This document shows positions 9,928 to 22,419 of a DNA stretch of 60,979 nt, one piece after another. The DNA is from an uncultured Anaerolineaceae bacterium (lineage in GTDB: Bacteria; Chloroflexota; Anaerolineae; Anaerolineales; DRMV01), in assembly GCA_964435005.1 (NCBI GenBank), contig CAYSXA010000002.1, positions 1 to 60,979 of the forward strand, given 5' to 3'. The stretch's first letter is position 1. Each line of letters starts with the position of its first letter. Below the pieces are notes generated by a model, which saw only the letters and a program-made list of their open reading frames with translations, was not told where the DNA came from and did not search any database. A program made the position numbers and the translations under genes.

Positions 9928-10506
9928 TTACCAGCCCGGAATCTCCTGCGCGGCGATGTACTGCAACACCGCGCGCGCCAGCCGGGTGTCCTCCAGCGCG
10001 CGGTGGCTGTTGGGGATGGGAATGCGGCATTGCCGCCCGGCCTGCTCCAGCCGCCACCAGCGATAATCGCCGGTGCGCGGATTTCGTTCCCCCTTGAAGC
10101 GCGCGTACAGTTTCATGATACAGAAGAATTCCGTGTCGGGCAACGACCAGGGCAGGCCGTACCGCGCGTTCGATTGCCGCATCAAGCGCACGTCGTAGTC
10201 CACGTTGTAAATCGCCACCACGCGCCCGCCGAGCACCCGCTGCACTTCCGGCCAGACCTGCGCCCAGGTCGGCGCTGTGCGCAGGTGCGCGTCGGTCAGG
10301 CCGTGCACGCGGCTGGCCTCCAGCGGCACACGTCCCTGCGGGCGCACCAGCGTGTTCAACAACACCTGCCCATCGTGATCCACCACGCTGATCTCAATGA
10401 TCTCGGCCCGCTCGTCCAGGCCGGTGGTTTCGGTATCCAGAAACACAGGGCGCCGCTCCAGTACCTGACGGGCTTCGCGGATGGCGTCCCAACGCACTCG
10501 GCTCAT
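9928..10506 (-). CDS. DEDDh 3'-5' exonuclease (DnaQ/epsilon-like)
   Basis: Exo [11 protein letters not shown] and Exo [13 protein letters not shown]. Start trimmed to MSRVRWD (ATG at 10506), preceded by AGGAGG. Confidence 0.75.
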   Translation of the reverse strand: MSRVRWDAIREARQVLERRPVFLDTETTGLDERAEIIEISVVDHDGQVLLNTLVRPQGRVPLEASRVHGLTDAHLRTAPTWAQVWPEVQRVLGGRVVAIYNVDYDVRLMRQSNARYGLPWSLPDTEFFCIMKLYARFKGERNPRTGDYRWWRLEQAGRQCRIPIPNSHRALEDTRLARAVLQYIAAQEIPGW

Positions 10507-10612
10507 GCACGTCCTCCTGAAAAGCGATTTCTTCATATATACCACAGCATTCCAGAGCAGGCGGAGGTTCAGGAGAGCATCGTCTTCCCCTCCCATACCC
10601 TGCCGGGCGATA

Positions 10613-10621
10613 TGATATACT
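10613..10621 (+). promoter_or_regulatory. candidate extended -10 box TGATATACT for argF-pyk
   Basis: Same 9-mer as at 126-134, 54 nt upstream of the argF ATG. Confidence 0.35.
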
Positions 10622-10674
10622 CCCGCATGGCGGCCCGTTCGCCGCATCCCCAACCCGAAACTCAGGAGTATGCC

Positions 10675-11597
10675 ATGAAACGCGACTTCCTTGCGATCGC
10701 CGACTACACGCCGGAAGCGTTACAACAAATGCTCGACCTGGCGCGTGATCTGAAGCGCGAATGGAAGGCCAGCGGGAACGCACCGATCCTGAAAGGCAAA
10801 ACGCTGGCGATGATCTTCCAGAAACCCAGCCTGCGCACGCGCGTGTCGTTCGACATGGCGATGCGTCATCTGGGCGGAGACGCGCTGTACCTCTCACCCC
10901 AGGAGATCGGTCTGGGCAAGCGCGAATCCATTGCCGACGTGGCGCGCGTGATTTCCGGCTATGTGGACGCGGTAATGGCACGCGTGTTCGACCACGAGCA
11001 CGTGGTGGAACTGGCGCGCTGGGCCAGCGTGCCAGTGATCAACGGCCTGTCGGACTACAATCATCCCTGCCAGGCGATGGCCGACGCGCTGACCATCATC
11101 GAAGAATTCGGCACGATGCAAGGCATCAACGTGACCTACGTAGGCGATGGCAACAACGTGGCACTCTCGCTGATGCACATCTGCGCCAAACTGGGTGCGA
11201 ACTTCACCATCGCCTGCCCGGAAGGCTACGACCTGCCTGAGGAGGCCGTGGCGCAGGCGCGCGAGTTTGCCGCCGCAAGCGGCGCGGCGCTGGCCTTCCT
11301 GCGCGACCCACACCAGGCCGTGCGCGAGGCGGACGTGATCTACACGGATACCTGGGTAAGCATGGGGCAGGAAGAAGAAGCCCGCCGCCGCGAGCGGGTC
11401 TTCCCGCCTTATCAGGTGAATGCACAACTGGTGAGCGAGGCACGCGAGCACGTGATCGTGATGCACTGCCTGCCCGCGCACCGCGGCCAGGAGATCACCG
11501 ACGAGGTGGCCGACGGGCCGCACTCGCGTCTGTTCCCGCAGGCGCACAACCGGCTCCACGCACAAAAAGCGGTGCTGGTGGAATTGCTGAGCGAAGC

Positions 11598-11601
<4 letters not shown>
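10675..11601 (+). CDS. argF: ornithine carbamoyltransferase
   Basis: 308 aa after trimming the 563-aa ORF to [11 protein letters not shown]. Motifs: carbamoyl-phosphate site [13 protein letters not shown], then [21 protein letters not shown]. Confidence 0.9.
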
Positions 11602-13061
<1,460 letters not shown>

Positions 13062-13074
13062 TCCGAGGTCTGAC

Positions 13075-13836
13075 ATGAGCGAACAACGCGTGGTATTGAT
13101 CACCGGTGCCGCGGGCGGTATTGGCCGCGCGACGGTGGCCCACTTCGCCGCCCAGGGCTGGCGCGTGATCGGCGTGGATCGCGCCCCCTTCGGCGAAAGC
13201 TTTCCCGAAGGCGGGCTGTTCATCCGGGGCGACATCTCCGGCCCCAGTCAGTGGCAGGCCATCTTCGCCCAGGCGCGCGCGTCCACGTCCGTGCTGCACG
13301 CGCTGGTCAACAACGCCGCGATGCAAATCGCCAAACCGTTGCTGGAGACCACGGTCGAGGAGTGGGACGCGGTGATGGCCTCGAATCTGCGCTCCGTCTT
13401 CCTGGGCGTGAAGATGGCCTACCCGCTGCTGAAGGCCGCCGGCGAGAGCGCGATTGTGAACGTCTCCTCGGTGCACGCCATCCAGACTTCGGCGAACATC
13501 GCGGCCTACGCGGCGAGCAAAGGCGGCCTGCTGGCGCTCACCCGCGCGATGGCAATTGAGTTCGCTCCGGACAACATCCGCGTGAACGCCATCCTACCCG
13601 GCGCGGTGGACACGCCCATGCTACGCGCCGGTCTGAACCGCGGCCACGTGGACGGCGAGGACATCCACCAGCGGCTGGAAAACCTGGCGCGCAAAACGGT
13701 CAACGGGCGGGTGGGCCGCCCAGAAGAGATCGCCCGCGCCATCTACTTCCTGGCCGACGGCACGCAGTCTTCCTTTATGACCGGCCAGGCGCTGGTGGTG
13801 GACGGCGGCGCCACGGCGCGATTGAGCACAGAATGA
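13075..13836 (+). CDS. classical SDR oxidoreductase
   Basis: 253 aa. Motifs TGAAGGIGRA, NNAA, and catalytic S...YAASK. Confidence 0.85.
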   Translation: MSEQRVVLITGAAGGIGRATVAHFAAQGWRVIGVDRAPFGESFPEGGLFIRGDISGPSQWQAIFAQARASTSVLHALVNNAAMQIAKPLLETTVEEWDAVMASNLRSVFLGVKMAYPLLKAAGESAIVNVSSVHAIQTSANIAAYAASKGGLLALTRAMAIEFAPDNIRVNAILPGAVDTPMLRAGLNRGHVDGEDIHQRLENLARKTVNGRVGRPEEIARAIYFLADGTQSSFMTGQALVVDGGATARLSTE

Positions 13837-13874
13837 TCCCCTCACCCTTCCCCCCAGGGCCTGCAAGGCCGCTT

Positions 13875-13912
13875 CCCCCCTCCCCTCTTCCATATGGAAG
13901 AGGGGAGGGGGG
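13875..13912. repeat. perfect 17-bp C-run/G-run hairpin (CCCCCCTCCCCTCTTCC-atat-GGAAGAGGGGAGGGGGG), same family as 3534-3568
   Basis: Read directly, 39 nt after the SDR stop. Outer arms cctcaccct (about 13840) and agggtgagg (about 13920) give a nested inverted repeat. Confidence 0.85.
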
Positions 13913-13949
13913 GCTGAGGAGGGTGAGGTGAGGACACGAGACTACCCTG

Positions 13950-14756
13950 ATGCAAGCTCTAAAACACACCTTCCTCTGGAACCTGGCCCGCTGGGGGTAC
14001 TTCCACCTGCGCCATCTGCCTGACTGGCCCTCGGCGTACCTGCACCCCTGGCGGCGGCAATCCATCGCCCGCCTGGCAGCGTGGAAAGGCCGCTACCGTG
14101 GCAAGCGGTGCTTCGTGATCGGCAACGGCCCCAGCCTGCGCCACACGGACGTCTCTCGTCTGAAGGGCGAGTACACCTTCGGCATGAACCGCATCTACCT
14201 GGCCTTCGAGGACTGGGGCTTCACCACCACCTTCCTGGTCTCGATCAACGACCTGGTGATCGAGCAGTGCGTGGACGACTTCCTGGCGCTGGACGTGCCA
14301 CGCTTCTTCTCCTGGCGCGCGCGCCGCTTCTTCCAGGACAAGCCGGTCCCCGCTGGACAGGAACCGACCTTCCTCTACACCACCTACGACGGCCCAACCT
14401 TCGCCCGCGACGCCCGTTACCGCCTCTGGGAAGGCGCGACCGTGACCTACGTCTGCCTGCAACTGGCCTTCCACATGGGCTTCGAGGAGGTCATCCTGAT
14501 CGGCGTGGATCACAGTTTCCAGACCAAAGGCGAGGCGAACAAAACGGTGGTTTCCGACGGTGACGATCCCAACCACTTCGACCCGCGCTATTTCGGCAAG
14601 GGATTCCGCTGGCAACTACCCGACCTGGAGACTTCGGAGATGGCCTACCGCCTGGCACGCGCGGCCTACGAACAGGCCGGTCGGCGCGTGGTGGATGCGA
14701 CCATCGGCGGCAAATTGACCGTGTTTCCTAAAGTGAACTATGATGACCTCTTTTGA
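13950..14756 (+). CDS. DUF115/MptE-like domain protein (sialyltransferase-like GNGPS motif), putative glycan-modifying enzyme
   Basis: 268 aa. CFVIGNGPSL near the N-terminus, LIGVDHSF, and HFDPRYF. The family assignment is from memory of the DUF115/CstII-like motif only. Confidence 0.45.
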   Translation: MQALKHTFLWNLARWGYFHLRHLPDWPSAYLHPWRRQSIARLAAWKGRYRGKRCFVIGNGPSLRHTDVSRLKGEYTFGMNRIYLAFEDWGFTTTFLVSINDLVIEQCVDDFLALDVPRFFSWRARRFFQDKPVPAGQEPTFLYTTYDGPTFARDARYRLWEGATVTYVCLQLAFHMGFEEVILIGVDHSFQTKGEANKTVVSDGDDPNHFDPRYFGKGFRWQLPDLETSEMAYRLARAAYEQAGRRVVDATIGGKLTVFPKVNYDDLF

Positions 14757-14798
14757 GGCCCCTGAGTCAGGCAGAGACCGAATACGCACGAGGAAACC

Positions 14799-16283
14799 AT
14801 GATCCTCTCCCGCCGTTTGGAACGCGGATTGCTGACCCTGCTCCTGCTGCTGGGGCTGGGATTGCGGCTGTACGACCTGACGGACGCACCGCTGGACTTC
14901 CACCCTACCCGGCAATTGCGCGGCGCGATCATCGCCCGCGCGATCTATTATCGCATGCTGCCGAACGCCGATCCCGAAAAACGCGCCCTTGCCGAAGCCA
15001 TGGCGCGCATACCGGCGCGCTTTGAGCCGCCCATCCTGGAGACCCTGACCGCATTGGGCTACCTGGTCGCCGGTGGCGAGCACCTCTGGATCGCACGGCT
15101 GGTCAACACCGCACTCTGGCTGCTCGGCGGTTTAGGATTGTACGCACTGGCACGAGCAATCACGGGCCCATTCGGCGCACTGCTTTCACTGGGCTACTAC
15201 CTGGTATTGCCCTTTGGGGTGACCGCCAGCCGTTCGTTCCAACCCGACCCAGGGATGACTGTCTGGATGGTGCTCAGCGTATGGGCGCTGTACCGCTGGC
15301 GCGAAGCGCCGTCCTGGCGACGGGCGCTGATCGCCGGCGCGCTCGGCGGTCTGGCCGCGCTGACCAAAGTGGTGATCGCTCCTATGATTGGCATCGCTGC
15401 GCTGGTGGTTGTGCTCCAGGTTTTCGGCTGGCGACGCTTTTGGCGGCAGGCCCAGGTGTGGGGAATGGCCGGGTTGATGATCGTGCCAGCAGCATGGCAT
15501 TATATCCTCGCCAGCCCGGGCAACGCAGGGGAGTACACACTGGCCTGGGGAGTGAAATTGTGGTCTCTCCTGCGCGATCCTGGCTTCTACGTGCGCTGGC
15601 TGAGCTTCGAGTCTTCACAGATGGGCTTTACCATGCTCATCCTGGCTGCGCTGGGATTGTTGCTCTTCCATCCGCGTGACCGCTTGCTGGTCGCTGGTCT
15701 ATGGGTAGGGTTCGTGCTCTACGGCCTTGCCCTGCCGCACCAGATCACCACCCACAATTATTACCACATCCAGTTCGTGCCAGTGGTCGCGCTTTCGCTG
15801 GCGCCAATCGGAGAGATTGGCGCCGCAGCGCTGGGGAAGCGAGACCGCCTGGCTCGGGCACTGGCTCCACTCGTGATGCTCGTCGCCCTGGCCTACCCAG
15901 CCATCCTGGTGCGCAACCAGATGGCCGTGAAGGACTACCGCCAGGAAGGCGCCGCCTGGGCCACCCTCGCCACGCAAATCCCCGACGGCAGGGTCATCGC
16001 ACTCACTCAATCCTACGGTTATCCTCTGATGTATTATGGCTGGCGACGAGTGGATTTATGGCCTGTTCTGGCGGAACGCAAACTCGCCACATTGCGCGGA
16101 CGGGAATCGGATACAGAGTTCCAGGAGTTCTTCAAAAACCGAACCAGAGATGCCGATTACTTCGTGATCACGTTCATCAACGATCTGGAACGCCAGAGCG
16201 ACCTGAAAGCTTATCTGGAAGCGCACTACCCGCTCATTGTAGATCAACCTGGCCTGAAGATCTACCGTCTGAGAGACAAGTAA
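14799..16283 (+). CDS. GT-C fold membrane glycosyltransferase (GT39/ArnT/PMT_2-like), copy A
   Basis: 494 aa with about 11 hydrophobic helices, N-terminal LRLYDLTDAPLDFHPTRQ loop, soluble C-terminal about 100 aa. No clear DE motif in loop 1. Confidence 0.55.
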   Translation: MILSRRLERGLLTLLLLLGLGLRLYDLTDAPLDFHPTRQLRGAIIARAIYYRMLPNADPEKRALAEAMARIPARFEPPILETLTALGYLVAGGEHLWIARLVNTALWLLGGLGLYALARAITGPFGALLSLGYYLVLPFGVTASRSFQPDPGMTVWMVLSVWALYRWREAPSWRRALIAGALGGLAALTKVVIAPMIGIAALVVVLQVFGWRRFWRQAQVWGMAGLMIVPAAWHYILASPGNAGEYTLAWGVKLWSLLRDPGFYVRWLSFESSQMGFTMLILAALGLLLFHPRDRLLVAGLWVGFVLYGLALPHQITTHNYYHIQFVPVVALSLAPIGEIGAAALGKRDRLARALAPLVMLVALAYPAILVRNQMAVKDYRQEGAAWATLATQIPDGRVIALTQSYGYPLMYYGWRRVDLWPVLAERKLATLRGRESDTEFQEFFKNRTRDADYFVITFINDLERQSDLKAYLEAHYPLIVDQPGLKIYRLRDK

Positions 16284-16286
16284 GGT

Positions 16287-17267
16287 ATGGCAAAGCCGCT
16301 GGTAAGCATTGTCACGCCCTCATACAACCAGGCGACCTACCTGGAGCACACCATCCGCTCAGTGTTGGGGCAGGATTACCCCCACGTCGAGTACATCGTG
16401 GTGGACGGTGGCTCCACGGACGGCAGTGTGGAGATCATCCGCCGTTACGAAGACCGGCTGGCCTGGTGGGTCTCCGAGCCAGACGCCGGGCAGGCAGACG
16501 CGATCAACAAGGGGTTGGCGCGGGCACAGGGCGAGATCGTGGCCTGGCTGAACTCAGACGACCTGTATCGCCCCGACGCGGTGCGCGAGGCGGTGCAGGC
16601 CTTGCAGGCACACCCTGAAGCCGGGCTAGCCTTCGCCAACGCCACTTCGATTGACGCTCAGGGACGCCCGCTGAACGACATGACCTTTGGAGCGTGGGGG
16701 CTGGCCGACCTGCTGGCCTTTCGGATCATCTGTCAACCAGCAGTGTTCATGCGGCGCGCTGTCTTCGAGCAGGCCGGCGGGCTTTCCACGGAGTACCACT
16801 TTCTGCTGGATCACCACCTCTGGATACGCATGGCGCGGCTGGCTCCGATGATCTACGTGCCGTCCTTCTGGGCGTTCGCGCGCCACCACCCGGCGGCCAA
16901 GAACGTAGCGCAGGCGGTGCGCTTCGGCGAGGAAGCGTTCCGCATCCTGGCATGGGCCGAAACGCAACCCGACCTGCAACCGCTGCTGAGACAGCAGCGG
17001 CGGCGCGTCCAGGCTGGGGCGCACCGCTTTGCCGCCCGCTACCTGCTCGACGGCGGGCAGCCGCGCCAAGCGCTGGCGCATTATCTGCGCGCCCTGGGAT
17101 GGCACCCGCGCACCGCGCTCGCAGAAGGCCACCGCATGGTCTTTGCCGCGCTCAGCCTGCTGGGGTTGGGCTTCCTGGGCGACGCTTACTATCACTGGAA
17201 AGGACGACACCGGCCACAGTCCACGCAGCGAGAGGGGATAGAGAATGCCGACAGCCTCTACGCGTGA
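16287..17267 (+). CDS. family 2 glycosyltransferase, copy A
   Basis: Motifs [37 protein letters not shown] (DxD-type). Confidence 0.85.
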   Translation: MAKPLVSIVTPSYNQATYLEHTIRSVLGQDYPHVEYIVVDGGSTDGSVEIIRRYEDRLAWWVSEPDAGQADAINKGLARAQGEIVAWLNSDDLYRPDAVREAVQALQAHPEAGLAFANATSIDAQGRPLNDMTFGAWGLADLLAFRIICQPAVFMRRAVFEQAGGLSTEYHFLLDHHLWIRMARLAPMIYVPSFWAFARHHPAAKNVAQAVRFGEEAFRILAWAETQPDLQPLLRQQRRRVQAGAHRFAARYLLDGGQPRQALAHYLRALGWHPRTALAEGHRMVFAALSLLGLGFLGDAYYHWKGRHRPQSTQREGIENADSLYA

Positions 17268-19017
17268 GCACCACCGTTGGGGGATAGTCGCATTGGGGCT
17301 GCTACCAGGTGTCTTTCTGCTCTGGGCTGCCATGCAGCCGTTCGATGTAGTCAAGCCACTGGTGGATGCCTGGATGCCGGACGGGGAGTTCGAGCTGCTC
17401 ACCCCGGCGACTTTTGTGCTGTTAAACAGGGGCTTGTGGTTGGCAGGGGCATCTTTCCTCGTACTGGGCATCGCCAGTGTGCTTCACCCACAGGCAACAC
17501 AGCAGTGGCTTGCGATGACGCAGGCCAGGGTCCGGTTGCAGGCACATCTGTGGCTGCACGCCAGTCAGGCACTACTACAGGCTATATGGCCCGCCAGAGA
17601 AGAGCGCATGTACGCCGCCGGGCTGGGCCTCGCGGTCACACTGGCCGTGGCAGCCCGTCTCCCCTGGCTCAACCGTCCGATGAGCCACGACGAAGCGTAC
17701 ACCGTGATGGTCTTCGCCCGCCCCGGCTGGTGGACAGCGCTCACGGATTACCATCTACCAAATAACCACATCCTCAACAGCCTGCTGGTCAGCCTGATCC
17801 TGCGATGGGGGGGATACCAGCCCTGGATGGTCCGCTTGCCGGTCTTCCTGGCATCGCTCGGCGTGGTAGTCGCAGTGTATCTCGTCGGGCGAGAGATGTA
17901 CTCCCCTGCGGTGGGGCTGGGCGCAGCGCTGGCGCTCGCCGCGCTCCCGGCGATGCGCGAGTATGCCACCAACGCGCGCGGTTACATGTTCATCGCCTTG
18001 TTCACTCTGGGGATGTTATGGAGCGGCCTGATCGTGATAAGGCAGCGCAACCGCGCCGCCTGGATGCTGCTGGTCTTGAACGGCGTGCTGGGGTTGTTTT
18101 CTGTACCCGTGATGCTGATTCCGTGGGGCATGATCATGCTCTGGCTGGGGGCGACGGCTCTGTGGGAGCCAGTGGAAACCCGCTATGGGTCGAAGCGCGC
18201 CTTCTGGCTGCGATGGGCGCTGTCCGGAATACTGACCGCGGCGATAACGCTGGTGCTGTATCTGCCAGCAATCACCCAATCGGGTGGTAAGGCTATCTTT
18301 GCCAATCCCTTTGTACAACCGGTGGCGCGTGAAGTGTACGGCGAGGTGTTGCGCTCGCGCCTGCGAGCAACCTGGAACGAATGGACAGCGAACGTACCTC
18401 TCTGGATACAGATCCTGTGGGTCGTCGGCTTACTCGCCGCGTGGATGCTGGATCACCGTCTCAGCCGTCGGCGCGTGCCCTTGTGGGTGGCAGGCGGGTT
18501 GTGGATATCGCTTTTCCTTTTTGTGCGTCGCCCAAATCCCTGGCCGCGCATCTGGTATTTTGCTCTGCCCCTCGCCGCGCTGTGGGGCACTGCCGGCTGG
18601 TGGGGGTTGTTGCAGCACCGGCGGCACAGCGTCCGCGGCCTGCTGGTCGCACTTATGCTGATCGCGCTGCTGGGCTCCTGGCGCGAAGTCGCTGCGCTAC
18701 CGAACCGATGGAACAGCCAGGGAGCAGATGAGCGAGCCGTGGTTTTCTTACAAGGACGCATCTTATCAACAGACATCCTCGTGGTGGACTCGCCGGACAG
18801 CGCGCCAGTGTGGTATTATTCGCTGCTATACGGTCTTCCCTCGGATATGTTACGCACCGATCGATCTTTTACCAGGGCGTTTATCCTGGTCAACACGAAA
18901 GAAGGCCAGACCGTGGAAGGCGTCTGGCAGGCACGCATCCCGCAATCTTCTACCTGCCTGCAAACCGCCCATCAAATTGGCAAGATCGGCTATCTTCAGG
19001 TGTTTGAATGCCCATGA
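17245..19017 (+). CDS. GT-C fold membrane glycosyltransferase (GT39/ArnT-like), copy B
   Basis: 590 aa, polytopic. First extracytoplasmic loop carries MSHDEAYTV (ArnT/PMT-type DE motif). Overlaps the previous gene by 23 nt. Confidence 0.65.
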   Translation: MPTASTREHHRWGIVALGLLPGVFLLWAAMQPFDVVKPLVDAWMPDGEFELLTPATFVLLNRGLWLAGASFLVLGIASVLHPQATQQWLAMTQARVRLQAHLWLHASQALLQAIWPAREERMYAAGLGLAVTLAVAARLPWLNRPMSHDEAYTVMVFARPGWWTALTDYHLPNNHILNSLLVSLILRWGGYQPWMVRLPVFLASLGVVVAVYLVGREMYSPAVGLGAALALAALPAMREYATNARGYMFIALFTLGMLWSGLIVIRQRNRAAWMLLVLNGVLGLFSVPVMLIPWGMIMLWLGATALWEPVETRYGSKRAFWLRWALSGILTAAITLVLYLPAITQSGGKAIFANPFVQPVAREVYGEVLRSRLRATWNEWTANVPLWIQILWVVGLLAAWMLDHRLSRRRVPLWVAGGLWISLFLFVRRPNPWPRIWYFALPLAALWGTAGWWGLLQHRRHSVRGLLVALMLIALLGSWREVAALPNRWNSQGADERAVVFLQGRILSTDILVVDSPDSAPVWYYSLLYGLPSDMLRTDRSFTRAFILVNTKEGQTVEGVWQARIPQSSTCLQTAHQIGKIGYLQVFECP

Positions 19018-19787
19018 ACGATCCCCTGGTGACCATCGTCACCCCTTCATACAACCAGGCAGAGTTTCTGGAAGAAACCATCCAATCAGTGTTCGCACAG
19101 GATTACCCGCACATCGAGTACATTGTGATCGATGGCGGCTCCACCGATGGCAGCGTGGAGATCATCCGGCGCTACGAAGACCGGCTGGCCTGGTGGGTTT
19201 CCGAACCAGACCAAGGTCAGACGGACGCCATCAACAAGGGATTCGCCCGCGCGCAGGGCGAAATCCTGGCCTGGCTGAACTCGGACGACACCTACGAGCC
19301 GCACGCGGTTTCAGAAGCGGTGGCCTTTTTGCTGGCACACCCCGAAGTCGGGCTGGTGTACGGCGACGCCAATTACATCGACGAACAAGGACGTGTGCTG
19401 GGGCGTTTCCCCGCGGCGCAGACCGACTACCGTCGCCTGCGCCGTGGCTACGTCCACATCCCGCAACAGGCAGCCTTCTTCCGCGCCGACTTGTGGCGCC
19501 AAGTTGGGCCGCTCGACCCTTCATTTTACTTCGCGATGGACTACGATCTGTGGGTGCGGCTGGCGCGTGTCTCAGAGCTTCGCTACGTGCCGCGCCTGTG
19601 GGCGAACTTCCGCATCCACCGCAACGCCAAGACGCATAAGGACGACGACCGTTGCTGGCCGGAGATGCTGCGCGTGCACTACCGCGATGGTGGCAGCGTG
19701 TTCTCCGTCATCGTGCTCAAATACCTGATTCGCCGCGCCTTGGGGCCGCTCTGGGTGCGCTGGCGGGAGCGCAAAATCGGCGTGTGA
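19008..19787 (+). CDS. family 2 glycosyltransferase, copy B (paralog of 16287-17267)
   Basis: By hand alignment, 83 of the first 100 aligned residues are identical to copy A. This includes the 27-aa block [27 protein letters not shown]. The C-terminal halves diverge. Confidence 0.85.
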   Translation: MPMNDPLVTIVTPSYNQAEFLEETIQSVFAQDYPHIEYIVIDGGSTDGSVEIIRRYEDRLAWWVSEPDQGQTDAINKGFARAQGEILAWLNSDDTYEPHAVSEAVAFLLAHPEVGLVYGDANYIDEQGRVLGRFPAAQTDYRRLRRGYVHIPQQAAFFRADLWRQVGPLDPSFYFAMDYDLWVRLARVSELRYVPRLWANFRIHRNAKTHKDDDRCWPEMLRVHYRDGGSVFSVIVLKYLIRRALGPLWVRWRERKIGV

Positions 19788-19809
19788 TTATCTTTCCAGG
19801 AGGATAGCA

Positions 19810-20694
19810 ATGAAAGGTATCATTCTGGCAGGCGGCAAAGGTACCCGCCTCTACCCGCTGACAATTTCTGTAAGCAAGCAACTGCTGCCGGTGTACGATA
19901 AGCCCATGGTGTACTACCCGCTCTCCATGTTGATGCTGGCCGGCATTCGGGAGATTCTGGTCATCAGCACCCCGGAGGCACTGCCTGCCTTTCGCAAGCT
20001 TCTGGGAAGCGGGGAACAGTGGGGATTGCGCTTCACCTATGCAGAGCAGGCAGAGCCGCGTGGACTGGCAGATGCTTTCCTGGTCGGCAGTGAGTTTGTG
20101 GGAAACGATCCTGTTTGCCTGATCCTGGGCGACAACATCTTCTTCGGCCACGGCCTGCCAGACAAACTGCGCGCCGCAGCGAAATTGACGCACGGTGCGC
20201 GTGTCTTCGCCTACCCGGTCAAAGACCCTGAACGTTACGGCGTGGTGGAGTTCGACGAGCAGGGACGGGCGCTGAGCATCGAAGAAAAGCCCAAACAGCC
20301 CAAATCCCGTTACGCTGTGCCAGGAATCTATTTCTACGATGGGCGCGTGGTAGAATTTGCCCGGGGATTGCGCCCCTCGGCACGCGGCGAATTAGAGATC
20401 ACTGATCTGAACAACGTTTATTTGCAACGCGGCGAACTGACCGTAGAAGTGCTGGGGCGTGGTGTGGCCTGGCTGGATGCAGGCACCCACGAATCGCTGC
20501 TCCAGGCAGCCAGTTTCGTCCAGGCGGTGGAGGAACGACAGGGGATGATGATCTCCTGCCCGGAAGAGATCGCTTTTCGTCTGGGCTACATCACGGCAGA
20601 AGAACTGAAAGCACTGGCGATGAAGATGAAGAACAACCACTACGGGCAGTATCTGTTGCAGATAGCAGAAGATTCCATAACTGTTGAGGCATAA
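19810..20694 (+). CDS. rfbA: glucose-1-phosphate thymidylyltransferase
   Basis: 294 aa. [18 protein letters not shown] and LGDNIF, with full-length RmlA-like layout. Confidence 0.92.
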   Translation: MKGIILAGGKGTRLYPLTISVSKQLLPVYDKPMVYYPLSMLMLAGIREILVISTPEALPAFRKLLGSGEQWGLRFTYAEQAEPRGLADAFLVGSEFVGNDPVCLILGDNIFFGHGLPDKLRAAAKLTHGARVFAYPVKDPERYGVVEFDEQGRALSIEEKPKQPKSRYAVPGIYFYDGRVVEFARGLRPSARGELEITDLNNVYLQRGELTVEVLGRGVAWLDAGTHESLLQAASFVQAVEERQGMMISCPEEIAFRLGYITAEELKALAMKMKNNHYGQYLLQIAEDSITVEA

Positions 20695-20699
20695 ACGCA

Positions 20700-21578
20700 A
20701 TGCGCGTGCTGTTGTTGGGAAAGATCGGTCAGGTCGGATGGGAATTGCAGCGCACGCTGGCGCCGCTGGGTGAAGTGATCGCGCTCGATTATCCAGAAGT
20801 GGACTTTTTGCAACCCGAAACGCTGCGATCGGTTGTACGGCGTACTCGACCGGAAGTGATCGTCAACGCGGCAGCCTACACCGCCGTCGATCGTGCCGAA
20901 GAAGAGCCGGAGAAGGCGCACGCAATCAACGCTGAAGCGCCGCGCGTGTTGGCCGAAGAAGCCCATGCGCTGGACGCGGCGTTGATACACTATTCCACCG
21001 ATTTTGTGTTCGACGGCACAAAGGGCGCGCCCTACACTGAAGCCGACACACCCAACCCGATCAACGAATATGGGCGAAGCAAACTGGCTGGTGAGCAGGC
21101 CATTCAGCAAGTAGGCAGTGCGTATCTCATCTTCCGCACCAGTTGGGTGTACAGCCTGCGGCGGCCCTGCTTCGTGACCAAAGTGCTGGGCTGGGCACGG
21201 CAGCACGACACCCTGCGCATCGTGGACGACCAGATCGGCAGCCCAACCTGGTGCCGCATGCTGGCCGAGGTCACCGCGCAGGTACTGGCGCAGGGAGCGC
21301 TCAATGTACGCGATTTCGTGTCCGAGCGACAGGGCGTGTACCATCTAGCCGGCACGGGTGCGGTCTCCCGCTTCGAGTGGGCACAGGCCATCCTGGCGCT
21401 GACAAAGGACGATCAGCGCCGCGTACGACAGGTGCTGCCTGCCCGTAGCACGGACTTCCCCACCCCAGCGAGCCGTCCGGCGTTCAGCGCTCTGGACGTG
21501 AGCGCCTTCCACCACACGTTTGGCATCGGCCTGCCAGACTGGCGAGACGCATTGCAACTGGCGGTGAACCATGGGTGA
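20700..21578 (+). CDS. rfbD: dTDP-4-dehydrorhamnose reductase
   Basis: 292 aa. MRVLLLGKIGQVGWEL and NAAAYTAVDRAE, with STDFVFDG typical of RmlD. Confidence 0.88.
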   Translation: MRVLLLGKIGQVGWELQRTLAPLGEVIALDYPEVDFLQPETLRSVVRRTRPEVIVNAAAYTAVDRAEEEPEKAHAINAEAPRVLAEEAHALDAALIHYSTDFVFDGTKGAPYTEADTPNPINEYGRSKLAGEQAIQQVGSAYLIFRTSWVYSLRRPCFVTKVLGWARQHDTLRIVDDQIGSPTWCRMLAEVTAQVLAQGALNVRDFVSERQGVYHLAGTGAVSRFEWAQAILALTKDDQRRVRQVLPARSTDFPTPASRPAFSALDVSAFHHTFGIGLPDWRDALQLAVNHG

Positions 21579-22419
21579 GCGCCTTTGGGCGGAATCCGCC
21601 GCCGCGCCACTGGAATACGATTCGGCTTCCCTGACGATTGCGCCCGTTCAGGAAATCCGCGAACTGTGGCGCTACCGTGATCTGTTGCGCCTGCTGGTGG
21701 CGAACAGCATCAAGACGCGCTACAAACGCTCTATGCTGGGCGTGGTATGGACGTTGCTCAACCCGCTGCTGAACACTCTGGTGCTCACCATCGCACTTTC
21801 GGCGCTGTTCCGCTTCAACGTTAAAAATTATCCCATCTATATCCTGATTGGCTTGCTGGCGTGGAACTTCTTTTCCCAAACCGTCACCATGTCCATGCAC
21901 ACACTGGTGTGGGGCAGCAGCCTGCTGAAGCGCATCTACGTGCCGCGCTCCATCTTCGCCCTTTCCGTGCTGGGCAACGGACTGGTCAACCTGGGGCTGG
22001 CCTTCATCCCTCTGCTGCTGATCATGGCCGGGATGCGCCACCCCATCCGCTGGACGCTGCTCTTTGTGCCCGTGTCGGTTTCCCTGATGGCGCTGTTCAC
22101 GTTGGGGTTGTCGTTGCTGCTGTCCACACTGGCAGTCTTCTTCGCCGATGTGGTGGACATGGTCAGCATCCTGCTTTCCGCCTGGTTCTACCTGACGCCA
22201 ATCATCTACCCGCTGGACATCATCCCTGAGACATTTCGCCCATACATTCGCTGGAATCCGCTCACCGTGTTCGTTGAATTGTTCCACGCCCCTGTTTATG
22301 AGGGTCGCCTGCCCGATCCCCTGACGCTGGGCGTGGCGGTGGCGCTGGCATTTGGCACGGTGCTGCTTGGCTGGTGGGTGTTCACAAGGAAATCGGATGA
22401 GTTTGCGTACCGCATTTGA
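21571..22419 (+). CDS. wzm: ABC-2 type polysaccharide export permease
   Basis: 282 aa, 6 TM. N-terminal RELWRYRDLLRLLVANSIKTRYKRSMLGVVW is typical of Wzm/TagG. Confidence 0.8.
   Translation: MGERLWAESAAAPLEYDSASLTIAPVQEIRELWRYRDLLRLLVANSIKTRYKRSMLGVVWTLLNPLLNTLVLTIALSALFRFNVKNYPIYILIGLLAWNFFSQTVTMSMHTLVWGSSLLKRIYVPRSIFALSVLGNGLVNLGLAFIPLLLIMAGMRHPIRWTLLFVPVSVSLMALFTLGLSLLLSTLAVFFADVVDMVSILLSAWFYLTPIIYPLDIIPETFRPYIRWNPLTVFVELFHAPVYEGRLPDPLTLGVAVALAFGTVLLGWWVFTRKSDEFAYRI

Noticed and set aside
9910-10674. N-terminal 255-aa extension of the argF ORF (the track gives 563 aa); similar extensions at 8718, 27390, 32118, 33410, 38145, 43651 and 53826
   Set aside because: The extensions overlap upstream or opposite genes and lack motifs. 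In each case an internal ATG with a Shine-Dalgarno or a stop/start overlap gives a protein of canonical length.
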